Source: Bacteroidota bacterium (GTDB lineage: Bacteria > Bacteroidota > Bacteroidia > Bacteroidales > VadinHA17). From it: a stretch of DNA of 64,000 nt. The position numbers were made by a program, and so were the translations under genes. Under the pieces are notes generated by a model. That model did not search any database. It was not told where the DNA came from and worked only from the letters and a program-made list of their open reading frames with translations. Where the stretch lies: positions 41,527-105,526 of the forward strand of contig JADFDS010000044.1 of the NCBI GenBank assembly GCA_018262715.1, written 5' to 3'. Within the stretch, counting starts at the first letter, position 1; the number at the start of each line of letters is the position of its first letter. Shown in pieces: positions 8,716 through 18,203 of this stretch.

Positions 8716-10458
8716 TCACTTCAGTTCCGCCGTCTTGCTGATGGTGCCCGCCTTGCGCGACTCGTACTTAATCTCAATATCACCCCTGCCGCTGACCAGG
8801 AACTGGTACTCCACCTTTCCGAGACCCGGCACCTGGCACATTTGTACCTCGGGACGGTACTCCTTGTAAGTGACAAGATTCATCCATGCGTTGGTCAGCA
8901 CCCCACCGCCGGCCACTTTGGCACTCCGACCCGTAACAGTCAACTTATCAATTGGATACAACTTATTCTGCATCGTCTCGTATGTTACTGACGGCAGGGC
9001 GCCGCTGTTCACCAGCCTAACCCTTACACTCCACAGGTCACCGCCAACCTTTTTCACCTCAAACACATCCATCGTAATTTTCGGTGTCTGCCTGGCAGCG
9101 AAGATGACTGAAGAGGCGTTCCTGTGCACCAGGTCCTGCAGCATGAACGGATGCGGCAGACGCGAACTCATTTTCGTCCACCCTCCAATCTCTATGTCAC
9201 CGTAAAGCGGATGCTTATAAGCCTTCCACTCCTTAAAGAGCTCACCCTGGTTAACGTTGTCATCGAACAACAGTCTCTGCCGCTCACCTGCTGAGGGATC
9301 TTCACTTCTTGAACGCTCTTCCTCACCCCTCTTCATCGTGCCGTCATAGGTCTCAGTCTCAGGTTGGTACAGCTCTCCCACCAGTGAGTATGACCCTACA
9401 AGCTTGTCTGTAAAATCAGTAAAGTCGCCGTAGGTAGAATAGAGGTCCTTCCAGCTGATCAGGTACTGGTATCCGGGCACGATCTTCTCCATGTGCCCTC
9501 CGAGGTAGTCATATACTGCCACGTCTCCCTGAGGAAGCTCGCCGGCAGCCTTTGAGGTGGGGCCCCTGAGATACATGCCTCCGTTATTGTGGAAGGCAAA
9601 CACCAGGATGATATTGGGCCTTGCCAGCATCCATTCGGCGATGGCCCTGATGCCCTTCCCCTCGAAGGGGTAGTTTCCCGCTCCGCTCTGCACGTAAGGA
9701 GGATTCCAGTTCATTCCCCAGTTGCGGTTTCCGTCGACATACCCTTCGCCATCCTCATTGACCTGTCCGTCGCCGTCATTGTCTATCCCTTCCTGCCCGA
9801 GCCGTGTCCATTCACCCTTCTCACCGGGCTTGACGGTGATCATCAGCCGTTTGTCGGAAGGGTCGCTCCTCAGCCTGCCGAGGGTGTCCCTTATTCTCAT
9901 GTTGGTGATATTTCCGTCGCCGTCGAGGTCATCCGGACCGTCCTCATCATACAATCCGTCGCGATCATCATCCATCCGTATCCGCAGTCCCCTGTTAGAG
10001 CTGGGAGTATTTGCATCCGAGAAGAAATGCGCCCTGCCGTCGACATTCACCACCGGTATTATATAGAACACGTTACGGTCTACAACATCAGTTATCTCAG
10101 TAATTTTCCCGTAGTTTGTCAGCAGCCTGTTGGCCAGGTAAAGACAAACCTCCCCTGCCTGGATCTCGTTGCCGTGGATGTTGCCGTCGACATACACTCC
10201 CGGCTTGGAAAATGGCTCTCCGGTCTTCGGGTTATTGATTGTCAGCGCCCAGATTATCCTTCCTTCCTCGCTTCGTCCCACCTCATCAAGCTTTGTGAAT
10301 TCCGGATATGCTGTGTTGAGCGCCTTCATTGCCTCAACCATCTTTTCATAACTGTAATAGAAATCAAAGCGGAGGGGCACCTTCACCTCCTGCGCCCGGG
10401 CTAGCATGACGGCAAGCGCCATCAATGCCAATGTCATAAATACTCTTTTTCTTTCCAT
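8716..10458 (-). CDS. M14-family zinc carboxypeptidase (secreted), apparently catalytically intact
   Basis: HxxE zinc motif in VYVDGNIHGNEIQAGE, a second His in FAFHNNGGMYLRGP, and Asp-rich inserts (DDDRDGLYDEDGPDDLDGDGNITNMR). I prefer the ATG at 10458 (MERKRVFMTLALMALAVMLARAQ signal) over the track start at 10494. Confidence 0.8.
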   Translation of the reverse strand: MERKRVFMTLALMALAVMLARAQEVKVPLRFDFYYSYEKMVEAMKALNTAYPEFTKLDEVGRSEEGRIIWALTINNPKTGEPFSKPGVYVDGNIHGNEIQAGEVCLYLANRLLTNYGKITEITDVVDRNVFYIIPVVNVDGRAHFFSDANTPSSNRGLRIRMDDDRDGLYDEDGPDDLDGDGNITNMRIRDTLGRLRSDPSDKRLMITVKPGEKGEWTRLGQEGIDNDGDGQVNEDGEGYVDGNRNWGMNWNPPYVQSGAGNYPFEGKGIRAIAEWMLARPNIILVFAFHNNGGMYLRGPTSKAAGELPQGDVAVYDYLGGHMEKIVPGYQYLISWKDLYSTYGDFTDFTDKLVGSYSLVGELYQPETETYDGTMKRGEEERSRSEDPSAGERQRLLFDDNVNQGELFKEWKAYKHPLYGDIEIGGWTKMSSRLPHPFMLQDLVHRNASSVIFAARQTPKITMDVFEVKKVGGDLWSVRVRLVNSGALPSVTYETMQNKLYPIDKLTVTGRSAKVAGGGVLTNAWMNLVTYKEYRPEVQMCQVPGLGKVEYQFLVSGRGDIEIKYESRKAGTISKTAELK

Positions 10459-10462
10459 GGCT

Positions 10463-12310
10463 CTACCCTCCGATGTTTGTCGTTTCACTGTCATTACCTG
10501 CCTGTTTCGACTCCAGCCTGAGTGTCAATGTCCCTTTCTTCGGGCTCCTGACGAGCCAGACATATTTGACTGATTTCATGCCTCCCACCTCGCCGACGGG
10601 AGTCCTTTTCTTGCCGGAAAGGATTTCAATCCCATCTCCTTCGAGGGTCAGTATGGCGGGTGCCGGCACCTTGTTCCGCTTGCCCATAGCTATAGGGAAG
10701 GAGAGGTAACCCTCATTGGTCACCCATGCCTCAAGCTGGTAAACTCCGCCTCCCTTTTCCGTTGTCTTAACCTCAGCGATAGCAAGCCGTGGCAGTCTTT
10801 TCACCAGTTCCGGGATGTAAGGAAGCTGCAGGTCCAACAGTGAGTCAATCATGCTTTCCGGGGGTGTGTTGTCAATGAACGGAGTAAACCCGCCTATCTC
10901 CACCTCGCCAAGGGTCGGATGCCTGTAGCTCTTCCAGGGAATGAATCCATGGCCATCGAGCCATTTGTCGGAGAAAGCCAGCTGTGCCAACTCCTTCGGA
11001 TCGCCCTTCTTCTGGTTTACCTTCACTGTGTCGTTCTTCTTTTCATCGCCCTGGCTTTCCTTCTTTTCCTCCTTCGGTTTCGGAAGGCCCCAGAAATCCA
11101 TGGTGAACACCGGCAGACCGAGCTGGTAGTATGCCCACTGCTCGAATGATCCGTCTTCCGGCTGGGCCGGATCGAACCTTTCGGCGGTGACGCCCTTCTT
11201 CTTCAGGTACTCCTTGTAGTCTGACGAGATCTCATTATAGAATGTCATGTCATCAGGCATCGGGTTAACCACGGCCCCAAGGCCAAGAAAGCTGGCTATC
11301 ATGCTCTCGTCAGCCGTCATGCCTGGGGGCAGCATCGGCTGCACCAGTTCAATGACCTCGGCCATGGTATAGGTTCGTGAGACGTCAATACCGAGTGAGG
11401 CGCCTATCTCCCGTGGTATGCGGATGTTTTCGGTATCAACCGGGCCCTTTTTGCCACCCTTCGGGGGCGAAACGAGGTAGTTGGTCTGACCGAAGGCAAG
11501 AACCATGGCAATTTCGGGATGCGAGAACGCGAACTTAAGCATCGCCTCCGACTCAGGCTCCGAACCGGGATAAAGGCCGCTGCGCCTGCCGAATTTTTTA
11601 AACAGGTGCGGGAAGTTGATGTTGACGTTCGTGCCGCCAGGCACATCCTCGTTATACTGACCGTCACCGTCGTCATCGATGCCTTCAGTGTAGAGCTTAT
11701 AGATTCCCCTCTCGCCCTTTGCGGCATCAGCCTTTCGCATCAGGCGCGGTTCGCCCTCAACGGGTACCCATGTGCCGTCAGGCACCTTCACCCTCATCTG
11801 CGTTATGATGCCGTTGCCGTCGAGGTCATTGTAGCCGTCCTCATCAGTCTGGTCATCAGTATCATCGTTGAACGGCCTGCCGTTGCCGGGATCGGCCCAG
11901 AGCGGTTTGGTGAAGTAACGGGCATAGGCATCAGGATTGCCCACTGGCAATATGTACCATGTCAGCTTCCCGTTCAGCGACGCGTCGGAGACAACCCGCG
12001 AGGCTAGTGACATTGCAGCCTCCGTAGCAAGCGGAGTAAGGCCTGAAAAATTGGCACCGACGAGCACCGCCGGAACGGAAGTGCCTGACTTTCCAATCTC
12101 AATCATCAGCATCTCCCTGCCGCCGGGGGTGACTGCGAGCTTATGCACCTTCACCAGCGAAGGATTCGCCAGTCGGAGCTGCTCTACCATGCGGTTCACT
12201 GCTGCCGGATCACTGTACTTTTCGGTTGCTCTGACCGGTGCCGGCGCCATCAGCAGCAAAGCGACAAGAAGCATCATGCCTCCCATCACGTGTAATCTGG
12301 TATAATTCAT
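10463..12310 (-). CDS. M14-like paralog lacking the zinc ligands (probable pseudo-peptidase)
   Basis: It is colinear with the downstream M14 (NDDTDDQTDEDGYNDLDGNGIITQMR; EGIDDDGDGQYNED). The HxxE position reads NFSGLTP, and the second His position reads LAFGQTN. Confidence 0.7.
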   Translation of the reverse strand: MNYTRLHVMGGMMLLVALLLMAPAPVRATEKYSDPAAVNRMVEQLRLANPSLVKVHKLAVTPGGREMLMIEIGKSGTSVPAVLVGANFSGLTPLATEAAMSLASRVVSDASLNGKLTWYILPVGNPDAYARYFTKPLWADPGNGRPFNDDTDDQTDEDGYNDLDGNGIITQMRVKVPDGTWVPVEGEPRLMRKADAAKGERGIYKLYTEGIDDDGDGQYNEDVPGGTNVNINFPHLFKKFGRRSGLYPGSEPESEAMLKFAFSHPEIAMVLAFGQTNYLVSPPKGGKKGPVDTENIRIPREIGASLGIDVSRTYTMAEVIELVQPMLPPGMTADESMIASFLGLGAVVNPMPDDMTFYNEISSDYKEYLKKKGVTAERFDPAQPEDGSFEQWAYYQLGLPVFTMDFWGLPKPKEEKKESQGDEKKNDTVKVNQKKGDPKELAQLAFSDKWLDGHGFIPWKSYRHPTLGEVEIGGFTPFIDNTPPESMIDSLLDLQLPYIPELVKRLPRLAIAEVKTTEKGGGVYQLEAWVTNEGYLSFPIAMGKRNKVPAPAILTLEGDGIEILSGKKRTPVGEVGGMKSVKYVWLVRSPKKGTLTLRLESKQAGNDSETTNIGG

Positions 12311-12337
12311 CCTGGAAATGGTTTTGCGTGGTATCTG

Positions 12338-13570
12338 CTACTTCACTTCGATTCCAAATAACTCTTTGTATGACTGTATTATATAGCCGTCGAGCCATTT
12401 ATAGTGTTCGAGGATAGCCTCTTTCTGTTGCTTTCCCTTTGCAGGTAATGCCTCAACCAGGCCGGCAGTTTTCATGAAGATCTCTGTTTCCACCGGTCCG
12501 AGCTTCTGCAGAATACCGGTTTTTTCCTGATTGAGGAGTATGGCTACATTTATGTACTTCGGACCGGAGCCCCTTTTAATGGGGAAGAGCTGGTTCTTGA
12601 GGGTCATGGCCGCATCACAGAGGGGAGCATGCATATTTTCCTTCATGCTCACCACAGCCGGCAGGTTCTTTCCTGCGCTGACCCACACCGGTACTGCCAC
12701 CGTCGTCAGCGGGAAGCCTGCAAGTGTCCACATCATGGCACCGGCCGGGTCTTCACCCGGGGCTGCGCCGACAACCATCATCACGGATGCTGTTGAAGGC
12801 CTTGGAATGAAGTCCTCAAAATACCTGAACCTGGCATCTGCAGGGCTTGCAGGAAGATTGTCGCGAAGGTTTTCCTTCGTCAGGGCGTGTGACAGGTTGC
12901 GCGATATGCTGTTGAGCAGGTTCTGCGGATCGAGCTTTTTCTGTGCGAGCGCCATGTTCAGGGCGAGGCTTGCAGCCTCATACCTGATATAGCCGAAACC
13001 TATGTCCGGAGTGCCGGTGAATGAGTGGTTGGTGCGTATTATAAGACCGTAAGGTGCGATTGCCGGGTCATTGGCATCAATCTTTTTCCAGCTGAAGTTG
13101 CCGGTTTCATAATAGGCTGCACCTCCCTGTGCGTCAATTACTCCGAAGTTGGCATCAACTCCGATTGGTTTTGGCATTTCGCTGAGCATCTTCTCGAAAT
13201 CGGCCAGGGTGGCGCAGGAGGCAAGAGCCATCTTCATCACTTCGCCCTCGCGGTCTGCCAGCTTGGTGGTATCACCGCTGTTGTTGTTATAGGCAGCTGA
13301 GTTCATGATGGCGAAGCCTGCGGAGTTGAATCCGCCCCATACCTCGCGCTTCCACGACTCCTTCGAATCAACCAGCCCGATATAGTCGTACTTGCCGTCG
13401 GTGAAATATACAAGGGCGTTGTCGAGGGTGCCGGTATCCCTGTTTTTGTACAGCAGAGGCCTGCCGTCAGGGGTGTGCTTGCCTGACATGAGGAATGTGG
13501 TGCATGACCAGACCTCGCCCGTAGTGCCGGCAAGCAGCATCACGAACGCAAACAGTGTCAGTTTCTTCAT
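12338..13570 (-). CDS. Secreted Ntn-hydrolase-superfamily cysteine amidase/peptidase (C45/C59-like)
   Basis: Signal peptide ending ...GEVWS, followed by CTTFLMSGKHTPDGRPLLYKNRD. This is the classic N-terminal nucleophile Cys-Thr...DG...N.D pattern. Confidence 0.6.
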   Translation of the reverse strand: MKKLTLFAFVMLLAGTTGEVWSCTTFLMSGKHTPDGRPLLYKNRDTGTLDNALVYFTDGKYDYIGLVDSKESWKREVWGGFNSAGFAIMNSAAYNNNSGDTTKLADREGEVMKMALASCATLADFEKMLSEMPKPIGVDANFGVIDAQGGAAYYETGNFSWKKIDANDPAIAPYGLIIRTNHSFTGTPDIGFGYIRYEAASLALNMALAQKKLDPQNLLNSISRNLSHALTKENLRDNLPASPADARFRYFEDFIPRPSTASVMMVVGAAPGEDPAGAMMWTLAGFPLTTVAVPVWVSAGKNLPAVVSMKENMHAPLCDAAMTLKNQLFPIKRGSGPKYINVAILLNQEKTGILQKLGPVETEIFMKTAGLVEALPAKGKQQKEAILEHYKWLDGYIIQSYKELFGIEVK

Positions 13571-13690
13571 AGGGGTTAAAATATAGTTTGGATAAAGTTA
13601 TGTTTTTTTTAACCCCGTCAGGTCCGCCGGGTAACATGTTAAGATTTTTTAACCCGCAACCCCGTCCGTGGCATTGAAAACCACAATTTC

Positions 13691-13807
13691 TGACCGGTAC
13701 TGCCTTCCCGACTGCTACTGCCGACCGCCGACTGGCACTGCCTTCCCGATCCGCCGGCCGGCGGATGCGGGACTGATCCTGCGCTGCTGCTGCAGTCTCA
13801 GACTGCC
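13691..13807 (-). repeat. Dispersed palindromic intergenic repeat, copy B (inverted relative to copy A)
   Basis: The reverse complement reads GGCAGTCTGAGACTGCAGCAGCAGCGCAGGATCAGTCCCGCATCCGCCGGCCGGCGGATCGGGAAGGCAGTGCC...CGGGAAGGCAGTACCGGTCA. It abuts the stop codon of the 13810 gene. Confidence 0.8.
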
Positions 13808-13809
13808 AA

Positions 13810-15483
13810 CTATTTTATCCTCTTCCCTTCGACCTTCTGCCCTCCCTGGTAAAGTATCATCCTGTTGAATTTCCCGTCAGGGTCAGCCACAAACTCAACC
13901 TGGGCTTCGACCACCTTCAGGAAGAACTTCGTCTCGCTTTCAGCGAAAACTTCGAATTTACCCTGTCCTGTTGCCTGTGTCATCAGCCGGTTGCCTTCAC
14001 GGGTGAACGTGATTGTGAATCCGGGCTGCAGTTCAAATTCACCTGTGTACCTGTCAAGAGTAGCTTCACTGAGTGTGATTGCTTTCTTTTCCTCAATCTT
14101 CTTGTCCGTCAGTTTCCATTCATCAAGCCTGCCCCTGTCGTCAGACACGAATGATACGATTTTACCGGCAGCATCACGGCTGAAGGTTGCATACATGAAT
14201 GCATCATCAACCAGGAACTTATCCTTTTCAACCGGGAACATCTTCCGCGTTCCTGCCCCTGTCAGGGTGGCCGAAAGCTGGTTCCCGCCCCTCGTTACTG
14301 TTACCTCCCTGCCGGCGTCATTGAAATAAACCCCGGCGTATTGATCAAGGGTTGCTTCGTCAAGCGTTATCCCGGTGGTTACCAGCGGCTTGCCTATAGC
14401 CATGGCGGCCATCTTCAGAGCTGTGAATTCAGGTGCTTTGGCAGTGCTGTTGGAGAAGAGTGCAACATAGACATCCTCTTTCGGAAGGTAGACTGAGCTT
14501 GTCAGGTAACCGAAAATTCCGCCTCCGTGCTCAACTGTGGGGCTGCCCTGGAGCTGGGACAGGAACCAGCCGTAGCCGTACCCGGAACCTTTTCCGTTGC
14601 TAAGCCTGTACTCAGTAACGGCTTTTTCAAGAGTCTCCTTTTTTACCAGTTTGCCTGCGTAGAGCGCCTGGTGCCATTTGAAGAGATCACCGACGGTTGA
14701 CATTATGGAACCTGCCGAGTAAGGTTGTGTCATGCTGCAGTAGTCGGAATTCGCCACGCCATCGCCCCCCTGCTGATAACCATAGGCGCGGTTTTTAATA
14801 ATTTTTGTATCACTTCCGTAGCATGTGGAGGTCATTCCGAGAGGGGTGAAAAAATTCTCCTGGATATAATCCGGGTAGCTCTTTCCGGTGACTTTCTCAA
14901 TGATATACCCAAGCAGGAAATAACCTGAGTTGTTATAATTCCATTTCGTTCCAGGGGCAAATTCCATCGGCTGGTTTTTGAAAGTATTTATCAGTTCGTC
15001 GGGCTTCATGTCAGTCCTGACATTCTCAATGTAACCGGGCAGGTTTGTATAGCTTTTTATCCCTGAGGTGTGGGTCAGCAGATGTTCAATAGTAATAGTA
15101 TAGGCCTGTGTCGGGTAATCAGGGATAAATTTTGTTATATCGTCCTGCAGTGAGAGTTTTCCCTGTTCCATTAGCTGGAGGATTGCAACTGCAGTGAATT
15201 GTTTGGTGATTGAGCCAATCCTGAATACCATATCTGGTTGCATCGGCACATTCAGCTCGAGGTTGGCCATGCCAAAGGCCCGGGTGTATATCACCTGACC
15301 GTCCTTTGCAACCAGAGCTGCGCAGCCGGTCTCGTCAGGCTTGAATTGTTCAAGAAGCATTTTGTCATAGTCCACAGCAAGTTTTTTGACATTAAGCGGC
15401 TGTGCTGCAAGAGGAACAGTGATAAAATAAGAGATCACTGACAGTATAACTGTCACAAGGAATCCTGCTTTTTTCATGGTCAT
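13810..15483 (-). CDS. Beta-lactamase-fold serine hydrolase (class C/PBP4*-like) with two C-terminal lipocalin-like repeats
   Basis: SxxK motif in FRIGSITKQFTAVAILQL and a YNNSGY (YxN) motif. The C-terminal half is duplicated (LDQYAGVY... / LDRYTGEF...). Signal peptide present. Confidence 0.85.
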   Translation of the reverse strand: MTMKKAGFLVTVILSVISYFITVPLAAQPLNVKKLAVDYDKMLLEQFKPDETGCAALVAKDGQVIYTRAFGMANLELNVPMQPDMVFRIGSITKQFTAVAILQLMEQGKLSLQDDITKFIPDYPTQAYTITIEHLLTHTSGIKSYTNLPGYIENVRTDMKPDELINTFKNQPMEFAPGTKWNYNNSGYFLLGYIIEKVTGKSYPDYIQENFFTPLGMTSTCYGSDTKIIKNRAYGYQQGGDGVANSDYCSMTQPYSAGSIMSTVGDLFKWHQALYAGKLVKKETLEKAVTEYRLSNGKGSGYGYGWFLSQLQGSPTVEHGGGIFGYLTSSVYLPKEDVYVALFSNSTAKAPEFTALKMAAMAIGKPLVTTGITLDEATLDQYAGVYFNDAGREVTVTRGGNQLSATLTGAGTRKMFPVEKDKFLVDDAFMYATFSRDAAGKIVSFVSDDRGRLDEWKLTDKKIEEKKAITLSEATLDRYTGEFELQPGFTITFTREGNRLMTQATGQGKFEVFAESETKFFLKVVEAQVEFVADPDGKFNRMILYQGGQKVEGKRIK

Positions 15484-15577
15484 GGTTTTATGATGGTACT
15501 CAATAAAGACGACATTTGGGCATCAGTGCTGCTGTGAACATCTGAGGGCTGCAGTTGTTTCATTAAAGTTATGCAAA

Positions 15578-16075
15578 ATGAGTAACTGTATGAAATTATT
15601 TATTGCAGCAATTGCATTGCTCATTTTCGGACTGGCGCCATTACCGGCACAAAAGATCGAAAAGATCGGTATCCCCGGACTGGAAAAGATTCTTGCCAGC
15701 CCTGAAGATCAGTTGTATGTGGTCAACTTCTGGGCTACCTGGTGCCCGCCATGTGTCACAGAACTGCCATACTTTGAAAAGCTTTCCAAAGAGTACCAGG
15801 GCAAGGGAGTAAAATTCATCCTCGTAAGCCTTGATTTCCCCAGCCAGATTGACTCGAAACTCATCCCCTTCCTGAAGAAAAACAAGATCACCGCTGATGT
15901 AAGGCTGATGACAAACCTCGACTACAACAGCTGGATCGACAAGGTTGATCCCGGCTGGCAGGGAAACCTCCCGGCAACCCTGTTCTTCAATAACGCTGAG
16001 AAAACAAAATACTTTCACCCCTCAGAGGTGGATGAAAAAGAGCTGAGAGATCTGATAACCAAATACAAACAGTAA
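15578..16075 (+). CDS. TlpA-like thiol:disulfide oxidoreductase (thioredoxin fold)
   Basis: 165 aa with a signal/anchor, then VVNFWATWCPPCVTELP containing a CxxC active site. Confidence 0.8.
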   Translation: MSNCMKLFIAAIALLIFGLAPLPAQKIEKIGIPGLEKILASPEDQLYVVNFWATWCPPCVTELPYFEKLSKEYQGKGVKFILVSLDFPSQIDSKLIPFLKKNKITADVRLMTNLDYNSWIDKVDPGWQGNLPATLFFNNAEKTKYFHPSEVDEKELRDLITKYKQ

Positions 16076-16098
16076 TTATTAATAAAACCGACAAGATC

Positions 16099-16707
16099 AT
16101 GAAGAAGTACCTGTTTATATCTGTGGCGGCCCTTATGATGACGGGCCTCCTGAACGCGCAGTCGCAATACAAGGCTGGCGACATCGCATCTGATTTCAAT
16201 CTTAAAAACGTTAAAGGCGAACCGGTATCACTGACAGATATTAAAGACGCTGACGGATTCATCGTTGCCTTCTGGTGCAACACCTGCCCGGTGGTGAAGA
16301 AGTATGACCAGCGCCTGCAGGAGCTGCACGCGAAGTATGCACCCAAGGGATACCCGGTGGTTGCAATCAACGCGAATGACCCGGCCGTTTCTCCGGGCGA
16401 TTCATATGACAGGATGAAGGAGACCGCCGCTAAGCTGAACTATAAGTTTGAATACCTCTTTGATGAGACCCAGGAGACAGCACGTAAATACGGAGCAACC
16501 AATACACCACATATATATATATTGTCATGGAAGGACGGCAGACTGGTTGTTGATTACGTCGGTGCCATCGACAACAATGCTGATGATGCAACCGCAGCAG
16601 ACAAGAAATATGCAGAGGATGCCCTGAACAGCATCCTGAAGGGTCAGGCCGTCGCCGTGGCCGGCACGAAGGCTGTGGGATGTTCCATCAAGTGGAAGAA
16701 AAGCTGA
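16099..16707 (+). CDS. Thioredoxin-fold (redoxin/AhpC-TSA-like) protein
   Basis: 202 aa with a signal peptide. FIVAFWCNTCPVVKKY carries a CxxC-type motif, and the C-terminal GCSIKW is typical of this group. Confidence 0.7.
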   Translation: MKKYLFISVAALMMTGLLNAQSQYKAGDIASDFNLKNVKGEPVSLTDIKDADGFIVAFWCNTCPVVKKYDQRLQELHAKYAPKGYPVVAINANDPAVSPGDSYDRMKETAAKLNYKFEYLFDETQETARKYGATNTPHIYILSWKDGRLVVDYVGAIDNNADDATAADKKYAEDALNSILKGQAVAVAGTKAVGCSIKWKKS

Positions 16708-16757
16708 GTTGCCCCGATAAGGTAAACCTGTTTAACTTAATGAATGGCATCCGGCAT

Positions 16758-16985
16758 TTACCTGCCGGGTGCCGTTTCTGTTTCCCCCGGTTTGATAGCG
16801 GCATCTTCAGCCGGCGGCTCGGAGGTGATGTTTCCGAACTTGTCGACGTAAGCTATCATATTATCCAGTCCGCCACCCGGTGAGTTCTCCCTCCGAAGCT
16901 GCTTCTTCTGCTCCTTTTCCTTTCTCTTCTTCAGACGCTTCTCGGTCTTTTGCTTTTTAATGAAACTGTTGTTTGGTCCTGCCAT
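16758..16985 (-). CDS. Small basic hypothetical protein encoded downstream of the DEAD-box helicase
   Basis: 75 aa with a Lys/Arg/Glu-rich N-terminus (KKQKTEKRLKKRKEKEQKKQLRRE), then GGGLDNMIAYVDKFGNITSEPP. It lies 12 nt after the helicase stop on the same strand. Confidence 0.5.
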   Translation of the reverse strand: MAGPNNSFIKKQKTEKRLKKRKEKEQKKQLRRENSPGGGLDNMIAYVDKFGNITSEPPAEDAAIKPGETETAPGR

Positions 16986-16997
16986 ATATTACTGATT

Positions 16998-18203
16998 TTA
17001 ATTAACAAATGTGATTGCCCTGCCGCTTGCCCCGGCTCTGCCCGTGCGGCCGATACGGTGAATGTAGCTTTCCATGTCTCTGGGTTGCTGGAAGTTAATT
17101 ACATGTGATACGTGAGAGATATCAAGCCCTCTCGCAGCCACGTCAGTTGCCACAAGCACCTTTATTTTCCTGTTCCTGAAAGATTCAAGGGCTTTAATCC
17201 TGTAATTCTGCGATTTGTCGCCGTGAATCTCATCGGCTGTTATGCCGCCTCTGCGGAGGTCTCGGCATATCCTGCTCACTCCACGCTTTGTTTCGGCAAA
17301 GACGAGCACCTTCTCAAAAGAGTCTTCACGCACCATTTCAAGGAGAATCTCAATTTTCCTTTCTCCATCCTTAACTGAGATGATATCCTGTTCTATATTG
17401 TCAGCGCTGATGTTGCCGGTACGGACCCTGACGACAAACGGGTTTTCCATCAGTCCGTCAATAATCTTTCGCTGGCTGCTGTCCTCCGTGGCTGAGAAAA
17501 GTATCGTCTGTTTCCGGCGGCCCATCCCTTCAACCAGTTTCTGGATCTCAGGGGCAAAGCCCATGTCGAGCAACCGGTCAAACTCATCCAGCACAAGTAC
17601 CGAAAACCTCCGCAGGTCGAGGGCTCCCTGCCGCACCATGTCGGCCAGCCGACCCGGCGTGCCAATGATTACATGGCCCGGTTTTCTCAGTTTTTCGATA
17701 TCGTGCCTGACGCTTGTGCCGCCAATGAGGCAGGTGCTGAAGAGCTTCAGGCCATGGGCAATGCTTCTGAACTCGGTGTCGGTCTGAAGTGCAAGCTCAC
17801 GTGTCGGAGAGATAACCAGAACATTGCCTGACGGGTCTTTTCTTATCAGATTATTAATTAAAGGTATAAGAAATGCTGCGGTCTTTCCTGTCCCTGTCTG
17901 AGCCAGGCCTATAAGGTTCCGGCCCTCCAGCAATGCTTCCAGGGTCTTGTCCTGAATCTCAGTGGGCACCTCGTAGCCCTTCTTTCTCAGGTTGCTGATG
18001 ATTGAACCTTCAACGGGGAGGTCAGTGATTAATCTTCCGGCCCTGTAGATAGTTTCATCTGCAGGAACAGCCTTCCTGACGAAGCTCTCGGGAGGGAGCT
18101 CCCCTGCGTTATGTTTTTTCCTGCTGTTGAAGTTTGCCGTTTCTTTTTTTCCCTTTTTGTAAGTCCTGTTTTTTGCAGATCGTCGATCTTTTTTGTATTC
18201 CAT
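16998..18203 (-). CDS. DEAD-box ATP-dependent RNA helicase (motif II reads DEFD)
   Basis: Q-motif region, motif I AQTGTGKTAAF, PTRELA, motif II VLVLDEFD, SAT, and motif VI HRIGRTGRAG. Confidence 0.9.
   Translation of the reverse strand: MEYKKDRRSAKNRTYKKGKKETANFNSRKKHNAGELPPESFVRKAVPADETIYRAGRLITDLPVEGSIISNLRKKGYEVPTEIQDKTLEALLEGRNLIGLAQTGTGKTAAFLIPLINNLIRKDPSGNVLVISPTRELALQTDTEFRSIAHGLKLFSTCLIGGTSVRHDIEKLRKPGHVIIGTPGRLADMVRQGALDLRRFSVLVLDEFDRLLDMGFAPEIQKLVEGMGRRKQTILFSATEDSSQRKIIDGLMENPFVVRVRTGNISADNIEQDIISVKDGERKIEILLEMVREDSFEKVLVFAETKRGVSRICRDLRRGGITADEIHGDKSQNYRIKALESFRNRKIKVLVATDVAARGLDISHVSHVINFQQPRDMESYIHRIGRTGRAGASGRAITFVN

Noticed and set aside
9589-10404. 271-aa plus-strand ORF antisense to the M14 peptidase gene
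   Set aside because: The opposite strand carries clear M14 motifs. The antisense ORF has no motifs and shows typical GC-rich shadow composition.
10463-10494. 32-nt overlap between the two M14 genes implied by the track coordinates
   Set aside because: The ATG at 10458 places the start directly before a canonical signal peptide and removes the overlap. The longer N-terminus (MTVKRQTSEGRA) is probably not used.
13668-13868. 66-aa ORF spanning the intergenic repeat
   Set aside because: It is composed almost entirely of the palindromic repeat sequence and runs into the end of the neighbouring gene. Nothing supports translation.
16746-16773. Hairpin GGCATCCGGCA/TGCCGGGTGCC between convergent genes, as a terminator
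   Set aside because: It is plausible but carries one mismatch and a weak T-tract, and it overlaps the stop codon of the small minus-strand ORF. It is too uncertain to list as a feature.
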